Part shown: positions 1 through 10,101 of the stretch, piece by piece
How the letters are laid out: each line of letters begins with the position of its first letter
How positions within the stretch are numbered: position 1 is the first letter of the stretch
From: a virus
Reading direction: 5' to 3' (one strand)
DNA length: 56,031 nt
IMG/VR virus record: IMGVR_UViG_3300021171_000001
Location: 1 to 56,031 of that record
Position numbers and translations under genes: made by a program
The notes under the pieces: model-generated
Told to the model about the DNA's origin: nothing
What the model saw: only the letters and a program-made list of their open reading frames with translations
Databases searched by the model: none

Positions 1-127
1 CATATCTCTATGAAGGATCGGAGAGAAGGGCGGTGGGATTGGCGTGCATTTGATCTACTGGTGACTGTTGCTAATACCGATCCTCGTCTCATTCGTTGGT
101 GTGTGGATCATTTCGGCGGGCAGGAGA
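1..127. repeat. Terminal overlap: nt 1-127 are identical to nt 55905-56031, so the contig closes on itself (unique genome length 55,904 bp)
   Basis: Direct comparison of both ends: catatctctatgaaggatcgg...ttcggcgggcaggaga occurs at 1-127 and again at 55905-56031 without mismatch. Confidence 0.95.
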
Positions 128-414
128 AGTTGGCATATCGTAAGAACTACCGGAAAAACAACAAAGCCTGTTTCCGCTGGCAGGTTTACGGTAAATCGTG
201 TGGGGATATTTTGCGCGGTATTCTACCCTACTCGATCATTAAACGGGAACAGATCGAGATCGGCTTGGCCTACGTCGAAACTCTGCAAAAAACATATCAT
301 CGGCACACAATGCCCGAAGAGGTGAAGGCAAAGCGTGCGGAGCTCTTCCTTGCGATGAAAAAAGCTAGGGAGATAGATTCGAGCGAGGCCGAAGAGAATT
401 TGACTGTGCAATAA
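1..414 (+). CDS. LAGLIDADG-type homing endonuclease, continuation of the ORF that starts at ATG 55845 (157 aa across the circular junction)
   Basis: ORF 10..414 is in frame with 55845..56031 through the overlap (55914 corresponds to position 10). The full N-terminus MPSQIEWAQLAAYIDSEGCIHI carries one LAGLIDADG-like motif. Stop TAA 412-414. Confidence 0.7.
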   Translation, partial: HISMKDRREGRWDWRAFDLLVTVANTDPRLIRWCVDHFGGQEKLAYRKNYRKNNKACFRWQVYGKSCGDILRGILPYSIIKREQIEIGLAYVETLQKTYHRHTMPEEVKAKRAELFLAMKKAREIDSSEAEENLTVQ

Positions 415-425
415 AGGAGAGTTTC

Positions 426-932
426 ATGGCCATAAATATCGGTTTGTCGCGGACGTTCCCTGGATTTGGAGTATCGACGCTCCAATCGATCCAGGTAGCC
501 ACCGGCATCGCGGTCACTTCGGGCACGACGTATTACGTTCCGGGTACCACGCTCAATACTGTGGCCGGACTCCTCGTTCCGACTGTGACTATCGGACGTT
601 TGCGCATCAAGATTTACAACGGCACCGGGACCACGCCGACCGTGACGAAGATTCAGGTCATGTCATTCGATGGCACGAACTCAGTCGTAGTCGCCGACTG
701 GAACTTTAGCACGGCGGTTACACTCTCCTCGACCAGTTGGCTCGATGTGATGATGGATTTCATCACCGATACGGCTTCTGGCACGACGAGCGGGGGAGCG
801 GTCGGGCAATTGATTGGCGGTGCGAGCGCGACTTCCGGTAATGGCGGCATTCAGTGTTTGAAGATCATTCCGACACTCGGCGGAACTGGACCGGGCGCAA
901 CGATGGACGCCGAAGTGTTCGGATTAATTTGA
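426..932 (+). CDS. Virion-module protein of unknown function, Thr/Gly/Ser-rich
   Basis: 168-aa ORF; RBS AAAGGAGAG just upstream of ATG 426; lies in the capsid-to-tail gene run; no recognisable motif. Confidence 0.6.
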   Translation: MAINIGLSRTFPGFGVSTLQSIQVATGIAVTSGTTYYVPGTTLNTVAGLLVPTVTIGRLRIKIYNGTGTTPTVTKIQVMSFDGTNSVVVADWNFSTAVTLSSTSWLDVMMDFITDTASGTTSGGAVGQLIGGASATSGNGGIQCLKIIPTLGGTGPGATMDAEVFGLI

Positions 933-1018
933 TTTAGAGTTTCTCCACTGGTCGGCAACGAGCCGGGGCAAAGGCGTGAAAATGCCTGGTTCCCGGCTCG
1001 TACCAGTTTTAGGAGCAC

Positions 1019-2278
1019 ATGGCAACGAATCCCATTGCGTTGTTTGCCGGTTCTCTCATCGGAGACGTTTTGATTCAAGCGAGAGAGACTGTACCCGACC
1101 TTCCTCCGTCGCTTCCGGCACCTATCGCTTCCTTTGCGGTTACGACGCCGGGAACCGGGACTCTATCGGCTGGAACCTATTTTGTCGAAGTGACGCAATG
1201 GAATCAGTGGGGAGAAACTCTTCCATCGACCGAATCGGCACAACAAACAATTCTTGCCACGAACGGATTACAAATTACATCAGCCTTACAGGTCGGAGCG
1301 ACCAAGATTCGAGCTTATCTGACGCAGGTCAATGGCTCATCCGGTACGGAATCGCAGTACGTCGAATCGACTGTTTCTCCCTTCACGATTCTTGCTAATC
1401 CGGTACTCGCCGGTTCTCCTCCGGTGCGGGGAACGGCATGGCTCCCAGATTCGGATGGTGGATTTATTTCGGCAGGAGCTATTTATCGCTGGCTCAACGC
1501 TGGATTAGAATTGATCGCTCGGGGCACAGGAGGTTACCAAGATTACTCGGCTATCGGATCGACGATCAATCAGCCTCTTTACCAGATTCCGGGAACATGG
1601 AACTCAATTACATCGATATGGTACGACGGATACTGGATGCAGGGCGGGGATGCAGGGACATTTTGGCGTCGCAACTCGATCACGAGCCAAGTTCTGTCCC
1701 AGGCCCACATTTCAGTCAGCTACGGGAAGACGATTTTAGAGGTTTACCCGCAACCGGCCCGAACTTCGGTAGTGACAACGCTATCTTCGCCGATGGCCGC
1801 AACCGATACGACGGCGGCTCTTACGAACGCCGGTTTCACGCTGCCATTTGGATTCGTTTCAGTCGGTTCCGAGATCATGGCTTACGCTACGATCAGCGGC
1901 AGTTCACTCACGGGACTTATTCGTGGTCTCGGCGGGACAACGGCTATCGCTCATACCACAAGTGAAGCGGTTGTCGAGTGTAATATCGCTTGGATGGGGA
2001 AACGGCAGTCGAATCAGGTCTACTCTCCCGGTCAATCGACTACCACACTCCCCATTACATCGGGGTGGGATCAACTTCTTGTCCAGTACATTTCCGGGAG
2101 AGCGAAGATCGTCGAACACGATATCCAGTCGATGCAGGCATTTACTGCCGAGATGGAAAAATCGGTGAAGTCATGGGCACAGACGAATAGAGGGGTTTTG
2201 CGTAGACGGCAAGTTGGCGATCCAAGTGGCCCGGTTGTCTATTTCCCTGACATTGCGGGCGGCATTTTGATTAACTAA
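1019..2278 (+). CDS. Virion structural protein (head-tail adaptor or tail candidate)
   Basis: 419-aa ORF; RBS TAGGAGC before ATG 1019; sits between the capsid module and the 941-aa tail-like protein; assignment by position only. Confidence 0.5.
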   Translation: MATNPIALFAGSLIGDVLIQARETVPDLPPSLPAPIASFAVTTPGTGTLSAGTYFVEVTQWNQWGETLPSTESAQQTILATNGLQITSALQVGATKIRAYLTQVNGSSGTESQYVESTVSPFTILANPVLAGSPPVRGTAWLPDSDGGFISAGAIYRWLNAGLELIARGTGGYQDYSAIGSTINQPLYQIPGTWNSITSIWYDGYWMQGGDAGTFWRRNSITSQVLSQAHISVSYGKTILEVYPQPARTSVVTTLSSPMAATDTTAALTNAGFTLPFGFVSVGSEIMAYATISGSSLTGLIRGLGGTTAIAHTTSEAVVECNIAWMGKRQSNQVYSPGQSTTTLPITSGWDQLLVQYISGRAKIVEHDIQSMQAFTAEMEKSVKSWAQTNRGVLRRRQVGDPSGPVVYFPDIAGGILIN

Positions 2279-2280
2279 AA

Positions 2281-5106
2281 ATGGCTTATCAACCCATCAG
2301 TTCCGGGCCGTGGTTAAAAGGTTTTGTTGCCTCGAATCAGCCTCTCGCGCAACCGAAAGGCTCATTTCCGCGTGGCTCGAATCTCGTATTGATGGAGCGT
2401 GGAGCACTGACCGAGTGCGATGGGTCGGGGATCATCAATTGGTTTTCCGGGGCTGTGCAGAACAATCGTGGCCGGTTTATGAGTACGTTTCTATACGAGC
2501 CGACTGGCGTTAATCCGTATTATCTGGTGCTGGCTCAGGCGCTTGACGAACATCTCGGAGCGCCGCATGCCGTATCAGCTACGGCATCAACTGGCGGAAG
2601 TCTTGTTTCGGGACAGCAGTATTTCTACAAAATTACGGCAATAGATGGTGTGGGTGGAGAAACTACAGTTTCAAATGAGGTAAGTGCCACTCCGTCAGGT
2701 GGAAATCTATCCGTTACGCTTGTTTGGAATGTTGTTCCGAACGCCTTTGGATATAATGTTTACAGGTCTACGACCACCGGAACGGAAGTTCTTCTTTACT
2801 CTGCAAAATTACCAGTAGTACAGCCAAACCCACTGACCGCCACAGTTACGTTCATCGATGACGGAACCGCCGCTGTTGGATCATCGTATTCAGCTACGGC
2901 TTTTGGAAACGTGTTTCCGCTACAAAATTACGTGGATTTCACGACCACGAACCCAGTTTCGGGAATCCCTACAGGAGTTCTGATTGCCACTGGATTTACT
3001 CCTGCCGGTTTCAATATGACTTATGCTAGTTTTGTTCAGAATGGACCGCAATCTTTTACCGCCTTCCGGTCTGGATCGACTCCGACTGGATCGGGCACAG
3101 GTGGAAGTATAGGATTCCAGAGTACACCGCCCGTCAGTGACACAACTCAACAAGTAGTTCTTTTTCAAATGCCCCGTGGAACAGTGATTCCGATTAGCTA
3201 TTCCAATTCAAATATCGTTGCCTTCTTCCCTGCTACCCTGAATCAGCTTGGTCAGATTCCAACTGGCGGCAGTGGGGGAAGAGGAACAACTGGTCCTGGT
3301 ATTAACGGAAGAGGAAGTTCAACTCCGTCTGGTGGAATAGCCGGTCTCGTAGGTCCACTCCCACAGATGAAACAGTTTACAAACCGGGTCTGCATGGCGA
3401 TGGGGAATGGTTTCCCGATGCAGGTTTTTTGGGATTCTACCGGCTCAACGGTAAATTCGGCTCCGACCGGAGCCATCGCTTCGGTTGCTGTTTCTGCTGA
3501 TGAAGTCACCGTTACGGTAACGGGGATCACATTAAGTGCCACAAATCCGTTCGCTGCTGGTTTCCTGCCGGTTGGGGCAAACGTAGTAATCTCGGGAGCG
3601 AGCGATGCGTCCTATAACGGAACCTTCGTCGTAATTTCGGTTCCAAGCAATACTACATTCAAAATTAGAAATACAAGCGCATCCGGTGGGGCTTCGACCG
3701 GCACTTTTACCATTTCTACTACTCCGATAACGACTGCCGACAATACATTCATTCCAGCTTATCCGGCGTGGGCAGCATCGACTCCTGTCATAGTCGGTGA
3801 TATTTATGTTCCAAAAACGCAACCTGGGGCCTCGAATATCTATATCACTTGTATTCAATCAGGGACGACGAATGCGAGTACTGAACCGACGTGGGCAGCA
3901 GTGGCTGCAACTGGACAGTCGTTTCCCACCGGAAATATTGCAGATGGTAGTGCGATTTGGCAGGAAACAGGGTATTTGGCTGCTCCGGCCCCACATGGAG
4001 CAGGGCACATTGAGGTTTACGCCGGATCGCTGTGGGCTTTAAATACCTATCCCATTGGTAGCTCCGATGGCCTAGATGGTCCGACTTCGCTTCGAATGTC
4101 AAATACCAACAACATTTTCGGCTGGAATCCAGTGAATCAGGCGTTCCTCGACAAAGACGACGGCGCGGAAGGGATGGGTCTAGGGAAGTTCACCATCACG
4201 GCACAAGGGATTCCGCCCGAAGGTTCGCTTATTGCTTTCAAATATCGTGTTCCGTATCAGTTGATTGGCGTCTTCGGAGCGAATAACTTCGTGATTCAGC
4301 CGGTTTCGACGGATATGGGCTGTCTCGCTCCGAGATCGATTCAATTCGTTGCTGGTTACGGGTTGATGCGGTACACGCATCTCGGAATTTCAGTTTTCGA
4401 TGGCTGGAAGGATCAGGTTGTCAGCGAACAAGTTAGACCATATTTCTTTCCGGTGAACGATTTCGACGTACAGGATATCGTGGTCGCCGACGCGAACTAT
4501 ATCCCGCTTTCCTGGGGAGCGCAGACGGCGAATCCGCCGATGTACACCATTGCGATACCGATTGGCAATAGTGGTGGTCAACTCACACGCATCATGCTCT
4601 ACGATCTGATCCTAAAATGTTGGGCCGCGCCGGTCGATCTGCCGTTCCCGATTGGAACAATGTCGCAGGTTCAGCCGGTTACGTCGAATCCATTGACGAT
4701 TATCGGCGGTTTCAATGATGGAGCCTTACAACGCTGGCAGACTGGTGACGAGCAATGGTATACGGGCGGTGGAGCGGCTCAAGTCCCAGTTTTATGGTCG
4801 CTTCGAACCATCACTATCGCTTCGCAGAGTTCGAGTCAACGGATTTGGGCACGTAAACTGATTGTACGTGGAACAAATGGAGGAAGCGCCGGGACGATTA
4901 CGGTGCAACCGAGAATGTCGGCGGTAGCACAAGCGGCGGTGAAATATGCAATCCCAGGAAATGGAGATTTCGATCTGTTCGCCGACATAGGACTTACAGG
5001 ATTGCGGTTCGATGCGGTCATTAGCGGAATTGTTGATGTTGAGATCGACGGGATCGATTTTGCAATCGAGCCGAGACCGTTTGGCGTTCCAGTGCAGGCT
5101 GTGTAA
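2281..5106 (+). CDS. Large virion/tail protein with a fibronectin-type-III-like segment
   Basis: 941-aa ORF starting 2 nt after the previous stop. YFYKITAIDGVGGETTVSNEVSATP...GYNVYRSTTTG looks like an Fn3 signature. Confidence 0.6.
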   Translation: MAYQPISSGPWLKGFVASNQPLAQPKGSFPRGSNLVLMERGALTECDGSGIINWFSGAVQNNRGRFMSTFLYEPTGVNPYYLVLAQALDEHLGAPHAVSATASTGGSLVSGQQYFYKITAIDGVGGETTVSNEVSATPSGGNLSVTLVWNVVPNAFGYNVYRSTTTGTEVLLYSAKLPVVQPNPLTATVTFIDDGTAAVGSSYSATAFGNVFPLQNYVDFTTTNPVSGIPTGVLIATGFTPAGFNMTYASFVQNGPQSFTAFRSGSTPTGSGTGGSIGFQSTPPVSDTTQQVVLFQMPRGTVIPISYSNSNIVAFFPATLNQLGQIPTGGSGGRGTTGPGINGRGSSTPSGGIAGLVGPLPQMKQFTNRVCMAMGNGFPMQVFWDSTGSTVNSAPTGAIASVAVSADEVTVTVTGITLSATNPFAAGFLPVGANVVISGASDASYNGTFVVISVPSNTTFKIRNTSASGGASTGTFTISTTPITTADNTFIPAYPAWAASTPVIVGDIYVPKTQPGASNIYITCIQSGTTNASTEPTWAAVAATGQSFPTGNIADGSAIWQETGYLAAPAPHGAGHIEVYAGSLWALNTYPIGSSDGLDGPTSLRMSNTNNIFGWNPVNQAFLDKDDGAEGMGLGKFTITAQGIPPEGSLIAFKYRVPYQLIGVFGANNFVIQPVSTDMGCLAPRSIQFVAGYGLMRYTHLGISVFDGWKDQVVSEQVRPYFFPVNDFDVQDIVVADANYIPLSWGAQTANPPMYTIAIPIGNSGGQLTRIMLYDLILKCWAAPVDLPFPIGTMSQVQPVTSNPLTIIGGFNDGALQRWQTGDEQWYTGGGAAQVPVLWSLRTITIASQSSSQRIWARKLIVRGTNGGSAGTITVQPRMSAVAQAAVKYAIPGNGDFDLFADIGLTGLRFDAVISGIVDVEIDGIDFAIEPRPFGVPVQAV

Positions 5107-5118
5107 AGGAGGTTTCCA

Positions 5119-5628
5119 ATGGCAACCGCAGTGCCGACCAGATCAACTTGTATTACATACCAAGTGGAGCCGTTCGATACCAGTTTCGAGGAAGCTCAGG
5201 AATTGCTAATCGAGCATTGGGAAGAAATTGCGCTGAACAAAGACAAGATCAAATTGGCGGTCGATGTCACTCGATACAAGGAACTTGCTGATCGAGGGGC
5301 ATTACATATCGTCACGGTGCGAGACGCGAGTATCCAAAAGTCGGCATGGGACCCTGGAAAGCTAGTTGGCTACCATGTGGCGATCATCAATGTACACATG
5401 CACTACAAGAATGATTTGCATGGGTTTACGGACATTTTCTTCATCCATCCAGATTACCGAAAGGGCCGTATCGGGATCGATTTGTTCAGGTTTGTAGAAA
5501 AATCCATGAAGGAACGCGGCGTGGTGAAGTTGATGACGGCGGTCAAGATGCATAAGGACGTAGGCCCGATTTTCGAGTGGCTCGGATGGACGGAAACGGA
5601 ACGCATGTTTTCGAAGTATATAGGGTGA
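5119..5628 (+). CDS. GNAT-family N-acetyltransferase
   Basis: 169 aa; RBS AAAGGAGG. FFIHPDYRKGRIGIDLFRFVEKSMKERGV fits the GNAT acetyl-CoA loop (R-x-x-G-x-G). Confidence 0.6.
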   Translation: MATAVPTRSTCITYQVEPFDTSFEEAQELLIEHWEEIALNKDKIKLAVDVTRYKELADRGALHIVTVRDASIQKSAWDPGKLVGYHVAIINVHMHYKNDLHGFTDIFFIHPDYRKGRIGIDLFRFVEKSMKERGVVKLMTAVKMHKDVGPIFEWLGWTETERMFSKYIG

Positions 5629-5632
5629 ACGA

Positions 5633-6031
5633 ATGGCTGGACTTTTAGCCGCTATCGCATCGATTGCGGGCATCGCCGGAGCCGGAACGAGCATTGGTGA
5701 GGCTATTGCCAATTCCGGTGGTCCCCCTAAACCGACTGCAACTCCTACACCAGTCCCAACACCCCCGAATGCGCAGACATTATTGCAGCAACGGGCAGCG
5801 GTTAGTCAGCAAGAACCGAATGTTATCGGCGCTACATCGGGACTCGCGAATCCAGAATATAACTCTTTGATTGCGCAGATTTTAGCAGGTACACTCGGTC
5901 AACCAGGATCGACGGCAGCAGGGAATGCGGCAACGGGTCAAAGTACTTTTACCCCGGCAAATAGTCAACCTACAAACGCAGCGATAAACGGGACACAGAT
6001 CAATTTGTCCGACTTTCTCAGTCAGCAATAG
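5633..6031 (+). CDS. Putative internal virion / ejection protein with a Gly/Ala-rich hydrophobic N-terminus
   Basis: 132-aa ORF; N-terminus MAGLLAAIASIAGIAGAGTSIG; lies downstream of the tail genes as in podovirus layouts; stop is TAG 6029-6031. Confidence 0.4.
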   Translation: MAGLLAAIASIAGIAGAGTSIGEAIANSGGPPKPTATPTPVPTPPNAQTLLQQRAAVSQQEPNVIGATSGLANPEYNSLIAQILAGTLGQPGSTAAGNAATGQSTFTPANSQPTNAAINGTQINLSDFLSQQ

Positions 6032-6039
6032 AGGGTTAA

Positions 6040-6693
6040 ATGGCCGGATTATTCAGCGGTATCTCTAATTTTTTCAGTAGCTCGGCAGGAAAGGGCCTGT
6101 CGGAGATCGCAGGGATCGGTGCGGCTGGCAGTGGATTGGTTGGCAATCTGCTCGCCGATAAACAGAGGTCCGATGCTGCCGCTCTTGCCAAGAAGAACGC
6201 TAATTTAACCCCACAGCAACTCGGAACGATGGTTTCAGGGGCCGAACAGCCCCTCAATGCGGCCTTGGTTCAGGCTGTGACCGGGAACGTCAACGCCTCT
6301 CTTGCCGAGCAGGGACTTTCCGAGGCTCCTGGATTGATCGCCACGGCCACATCGCAAGCACTAGCACCCTATCAGCAGGCCAACCAACAGACGGCCTTAC
6401 AGCTTGTGCTTCGGAAACTTGGTCTACCAGCCGAATACGCTGCTACGATCCCACAGAACGCACAATTGGCTCCGTTATTGGCTCTCTTGATGCACAGTTT
6501 CGGGACTCCGGGAGCGACGCCAGCACCTTCACCATCGGGATTCCCGGCCACACAGCCGAATATCCTGCAATTGACTGGCGGGGCGACGCCGATGCAACCG
6601 GGGACAGACCCTAATTCGTTTATCAACTGGCTCGGGCAATCAAACAACGTACCGCCCGATATGCAGCCGCCTGATGTTGGGGGAGGGTACTAA
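6040..6693 (+). CDS. Putative internal virion protein
   Basis: 217-aa ORF; RBS GAGGG; N-terminus MAGLFSGISNFFSSSAGKG resembles that of the preceding gene. Confidence 0.4.
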   Translation: MAGLFSGISNFFSSSAGKGLSEIAGIGAAGSGLVGNLLADKQRSDAAALAKKNANLTPQQLGTMVSGAEQPLNAALVQAVTGNVNASLAEQGLSEAPGLIATATSQALAPYQQANQQTALQLVLRKLGLPAEYAATIPQNAQLAPLLALLMHSFGTPGATPAPSPSGFPATQPNILQLTGGATPMQPGTDPNSFINWLGQSNNVPPDMQPPDVGGGY

Positions 6694-7753
6694 TACGGGG
6701 TGGTTTGGACGATCAATCGGAGATTTCGGGTCCCAAGTTGGGCAGGGATTCGATCTCAACCTTGGCTGGAAAGAGCGCCTACAACAAATGGCGCTCGCGA
6801 ACGCTCGGCAGAAGCTCGCCGATCTAATGGGACCATTGCAGTTGAACGAGCTTCAACAGCGGATCAAGCAGATGCAGGCACCACAGTACGAGGGGACGGT
6901 CAATACTCCCGGAGGCGGGGTCGGGGCCATTAGCCGGAATCCGAATACTGGCGCAATCGGGATGAATCCACTCGTTCCATCGTATATCACGCCGGATGCG
7001 GTCGGAAGGCAGATTTTGACTGGTCGGCAGTCTTTGTCTCCAAATGACCAGCCCTACGCAGATCAATTGCTCGGGGCGCTTCGAATGGGAATCGATCCAT
7101 CGAAAGTGATGGAGGAATGGCAACGATTCTTTGCCGGAGCGTCGAAAGCGCAGAAGCAAAAGCCTCCGGTCGTAGATGTGAACAAGGGAACGGTAGCGAT
7201 TTACGACTCATTCGGTAACGGGTCCGAATACCCGATCTATGACGCGAAGGGGAATATTAATCCTAATCTTCCACCCGAGGTTAAGCCTCTAGTCGCTTCC
7301 CAGGTTAGCGCACAAAACACGCTCGATCAGCGGAAAGCGAATGATGAAGAACGCCGAAACCAAGAAATCCTTGGTCGATTGCAAAAAACAGAGGACTTCC
7401 GAGCGGGTCAAACTGCGACCGCCGATAAACGGTCTGATGCGACAAAGGCCGTAACCGAGGCGATTAATGCGTTCAGTAAATACCAGGTCGCGTCCACGGG
7501 CCAACAGAAAGTAGCGGTCGGCTCTCATTGGTTCGAACCGTGGACATGGGGACGGACGGATTTATTCCAATCCGGGGTGGATGAAGCGAAAGCGGACGCC
7601 GAAGGAAAGCGTATCGATGCGATTCAGAAGCTCAAGGATGCTGGAATGCCGGTCCCGGATTGGTTGACAAGGCCGATTGACCAGCAAATCGAAGCGGTTC
7701 CGCCTCCGAATGTTCCTCCACCTCCTGGATTCGTACCGAATAGGCCATCCTGA
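6674..7753 (+). CDS. Putative internal virion protein
   Basis: 359-aa ORF overlapping the previous gene by 20 nt; Pro-rich C-terminus; assignment by position only. Confidence 0.4.
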   Translation: MLGEGTNTGWFGRSIGDFGSQVGQGFDLNLGWKERLQQMALANARQKLADLMGPLQLNELQQRIKQMQAPQYEGTVNTPGGGVGAISRNPNTGAIGMNPLVPSYITPDAVGRQILTGRQSLSPNDQPYADQLLGALRMGIDPSKVMEEWQRFFAGASKAQKQKPPVVDVNKGTVAIYDSFGNGSEYPIYDAKGNINPNLPPEVKPLVASQVSAQNTLDQRKANDEERRNQEILGRLQKTEDFRAGQTATADKRSDATKAVTEAINAFSKYQVASTGQQKVAVGSHWFEPWTWGRTDLFQSGVDEAKADAEGKRIDAIQKLKDAGMPVPDWLTRPIDQQIEAVPPPNVPPPPGFVPNRPS

Positions 7754-9651
7754 TGCCTGATTATACAGCTACGAATCCACAGACCGGCGAAATCGTGCGG
7801 TGGGACGGTAAGTCATGGATTCCCGTTCCCAAGCCTAGCGCTATCAATCGTGGGATTACGTCACTTGCGGGAATACCGGAAGGAACAGATATCAACCCTA
7901 CAAGTAAGGGCTTCTATGTTGGAGCCGGTAATTTGGAAAACTATATCACTGCTCTCAAACAGGCTATTACCGGATTAAATCCTTTACCATCAATGTCCGA
8001 ATCGGAGCAAACCGCTGAAAGTCGGTTTAAACAGCCTGGATGGGCCAATAAGGTGACCGGAGCGGAAGAATTCCTCGAATCCGGTGTGCCTTGGGCCGGT
8101 CCTGCCACGGTTCGTAGCCACGAGCAGATTGGTCGTGGCGATATTGCCGGTGGTGTCGGGAGCGCAGTGGGAGCGGGACTTACGGTAGCAGGGCTTGGGA
8201 AGAGTGCTCCCTCTTTGGCTGAACGTCTAACTCCTTCATCTCTCAGTGAAATGGCTCGTAAACCAGTTGCCGGACTACTCGATGTCGGAGAGAACTTCGA
8301 AGCGCGAGCCAAAAAGGAACACGAGGAAGCTCTCGCGACACTCACGCAGAAATATGAAGAAGAAATCCAGCAAGCCGGGAAGAAAACTTCTGAAAGTGAA
8401 GCCGCCTATCGAACCAAGGTCGAACAGGCGAAGGATGAATATTCCCAGAAGTTGGCTGAAAACGAAAAGAAAAAGATCGAGGCGTCGGCAAAGCAAACCG
8501 GAGCCGAAACGAAGAAAAAGGCGCTCACAACGCAGCCGCGTTCTGGACCTGTGTATCAGCGCCTCGCGGGGATGGCCGATCAAATCGCGACCCAAGATGT
8601 TCCGAAACTCGATAAGGACGTGCGAGCCGCGCAAAACTCTCGTTGGAATGCCTTCCGTATGGCAATTGGTGATACGCCCGGAACTCCTAAAATGGTCGAT
8701 TGGACACCCGTCCAACAGGCTGTAGTGGACGCTGAAACGAATATCCTGCAAGGCTCTCCCGAGAATATCGCCATTTTCAGGAATATTCTCCGGGAGGGAG
8801 TAAATCCACTACTCGAAAAGGCCACGGTTTTCAAGAAAACAGCCGGATCGTTAGAAGACCTACTCTCGAATAAGAATCTAACCGAGGAAGGTCGTGCTCG
8901 GCTGATTTCCCAACTTGGCGAGGAAAGTCAGTTTGAGACGCGGGGAGGTAGTGGTCCTATCGGTTCGGAACAGGTTTCCATTCCGTTTGACGATGCCCGT
9001 GGATATTACACCGAACTCAACCAGAAGATTTATCGAAGCCGGTCTCTTCCGGGAGATGTACGGCGTGCTCTCAAGTCGGTTCAGGAGACAGTCGATAAAA
9101 AAGCGATCCAACCGATCATTCCGAGAGAACAGATTCCGACCTACAACACCCTAAAATCAGACTGGGCGCAATACATGAGCGATTTCTATGATTCCGATGG
9201 CCCACTCGCACAACTCAAGAATTCAGCGACTTCGGATGGTCGGTTAAACCTGCTTACCGGGAGTAAGGGCGCAAATATCATCGATGCGCTCGGTCGGTAC
9301 GCTCGATTTAATCCAAACGTAACTGGATTGGCAGGTAGGCTTCGGTCTATGATGAAGCAAATTAGGGAACTGCCTTCTGTAGCTCCTTCGATTCCTGGCC
9401 CTCTGCGTCCACCACGCTTACCGAGCGAGCCAAAGCCTGTAAATCTATCGTCACGGCCATCTGAACTTGAGCCTCTCGATGTGACGCGAGCGAAACTTGA
9501 AACATTGGAGAAGATGCCGAAGACATGGGGCACATTGCGACCCTATCAGGCCGTGATTCCGTATTACTGGCCTCGGCTATTGGCACAGAAATTGATCTCT
9601 GAATTGCTTTCTCATCAGAATGTCCGGGAATGGATTGCGCGAGAAAAATAA
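7753..9651 (+). CDS. Large putative internal virion / ejection protein with a Lys/Glu-rich coiled-coil centre
   Basis: 632-aa ORF; ATG overlaps the previous stop (TGATG); no lytic-enzyme motif seen. Confidence 0.4.
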   Translation: MPDYTATNPQTGEIVRWDGKSWIPVPKPSAINRGITSLAGIPEGTDINPTSKGFYVGAGNLENYITALKQAITGLNPLPSMSESEQTAESRFKQPGWANKVTGAEEFLESGVPWAGPATVRSHEQIGRGDIAGGVGSAVGAGLTVAGLGKSAPSLAERLTPSSLSEMARKPVAGLLDVGENFEARAKKEHEEALATLTQKYEEEIQQAGKKTSESEAAYRTKVEQAKDEYSQKLAENEKKKIEASAKQTGAETKKKALTTQPRSGPVYQRLAGMADQIATQDVPKLDKDVRAAQNSRWNAFRMAIGDTPGTPKMVDWTPVQQAVVDAETNILQGSPENIAIFRNILREGVNPLLEKATVFKKTAGSLEDLLSNKNLTEEGRARLISQLGEESQFETRGGSGPIGSEQVSIPFDDARGYYTELNQKIYRSRSLPGDVRRALKSVQETVDKKAIQPIIPREQIPTYNTLKSDWAQYMSDFYDSDGPLAQLKNSATSDGRLNLLTGSKGANIIDALGRYARFNPNVTGLAGRLRSMMKQIRELPSVAPSIPGPLRPPRLPSEPKPVNLSSRPSELEPLDVTRAKLETLEKMPKTWGTLRPYQAVIPYYWPRLLAQKLISELLSHQNVREWIAREK

Positions 9652-9812
9652 TGCCGACTGAGCACTTCAAAAATAAAGAAGCATACCGTAAAAATATGGC
9701 CTATCGGCATATGCACGATATTCCCTTTTCGGCTAACGAGGTTGTGGTCGGAGGCCGGAAACACAAGGTCAAGCACTCGAAGCGCAGTCCGAGGAAAAGC
9801 GGGAGGAAGTGA
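9651..9812 (+). CDS. Small basic protein
   Basis: ATG 9651 overlaps stop TAA 9649-9651 (TAATG). MPTEHFKNKEAYRKNMAYRHMHD...KHSKRSPRKSGRK. Confidence 0.5.
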   Translation: MPTEHFKNKEAYRKNMAYRHMHDIPFSANEVVVGGRKHKVKHSKRSPRKSGRK

Positions 9813-10024
9813 TGGCCCGAAAGAAAAAAGAGAAGAAATGGATTCAGAAGGCCGAAAAGGGCATGGAGAAGCGTGGGACTGTAGGCGCGTTCGGCCCTGC
9901 GACGAAGTCAAATATCGCCGAAGGGAAGGCAGCAGGCGGATTAGAAGCGAAGAGGGCCAACTTTGCCCAGAACATGCGCCGTATCGCGCAACGTCATAAG
10001 GGCCGACATTCGAGGCGACGCTGA
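9809..10024 (+). CDS. Small, very basic protein
   Basis: 71-aa ORF with GTGATG coupling to the previous gene. MARKKKEKKWIQK...RRIAQRHKGRHSRRR. Confidence 0.5.
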   Translation: MMARKKKEKKWIQKAEKGMEKRGTVGAFGPATKSNIAEGKAAGGLEAKRANFAQNMRRIAQRHKGRHSRRR

Positions 10025-10101
10025 TGTGGGGGAATAAGAAGATTTCCGGCTCGCAGAACGGGTCGAGAAAGGAAGTTAAACGGCGTTCCAGGAGGAGGTA
10101 A

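Noticed and set aside
1-127. The 127-nt identical ends as a biological direct terminal repeat
   Set aside because: An exact overlap of this size at contig ends is what de Bruijn assemblers leave on circular or circularly permuted genomes. An ORF reads straight through it. Physical termini cannot be inferred from this sequence.
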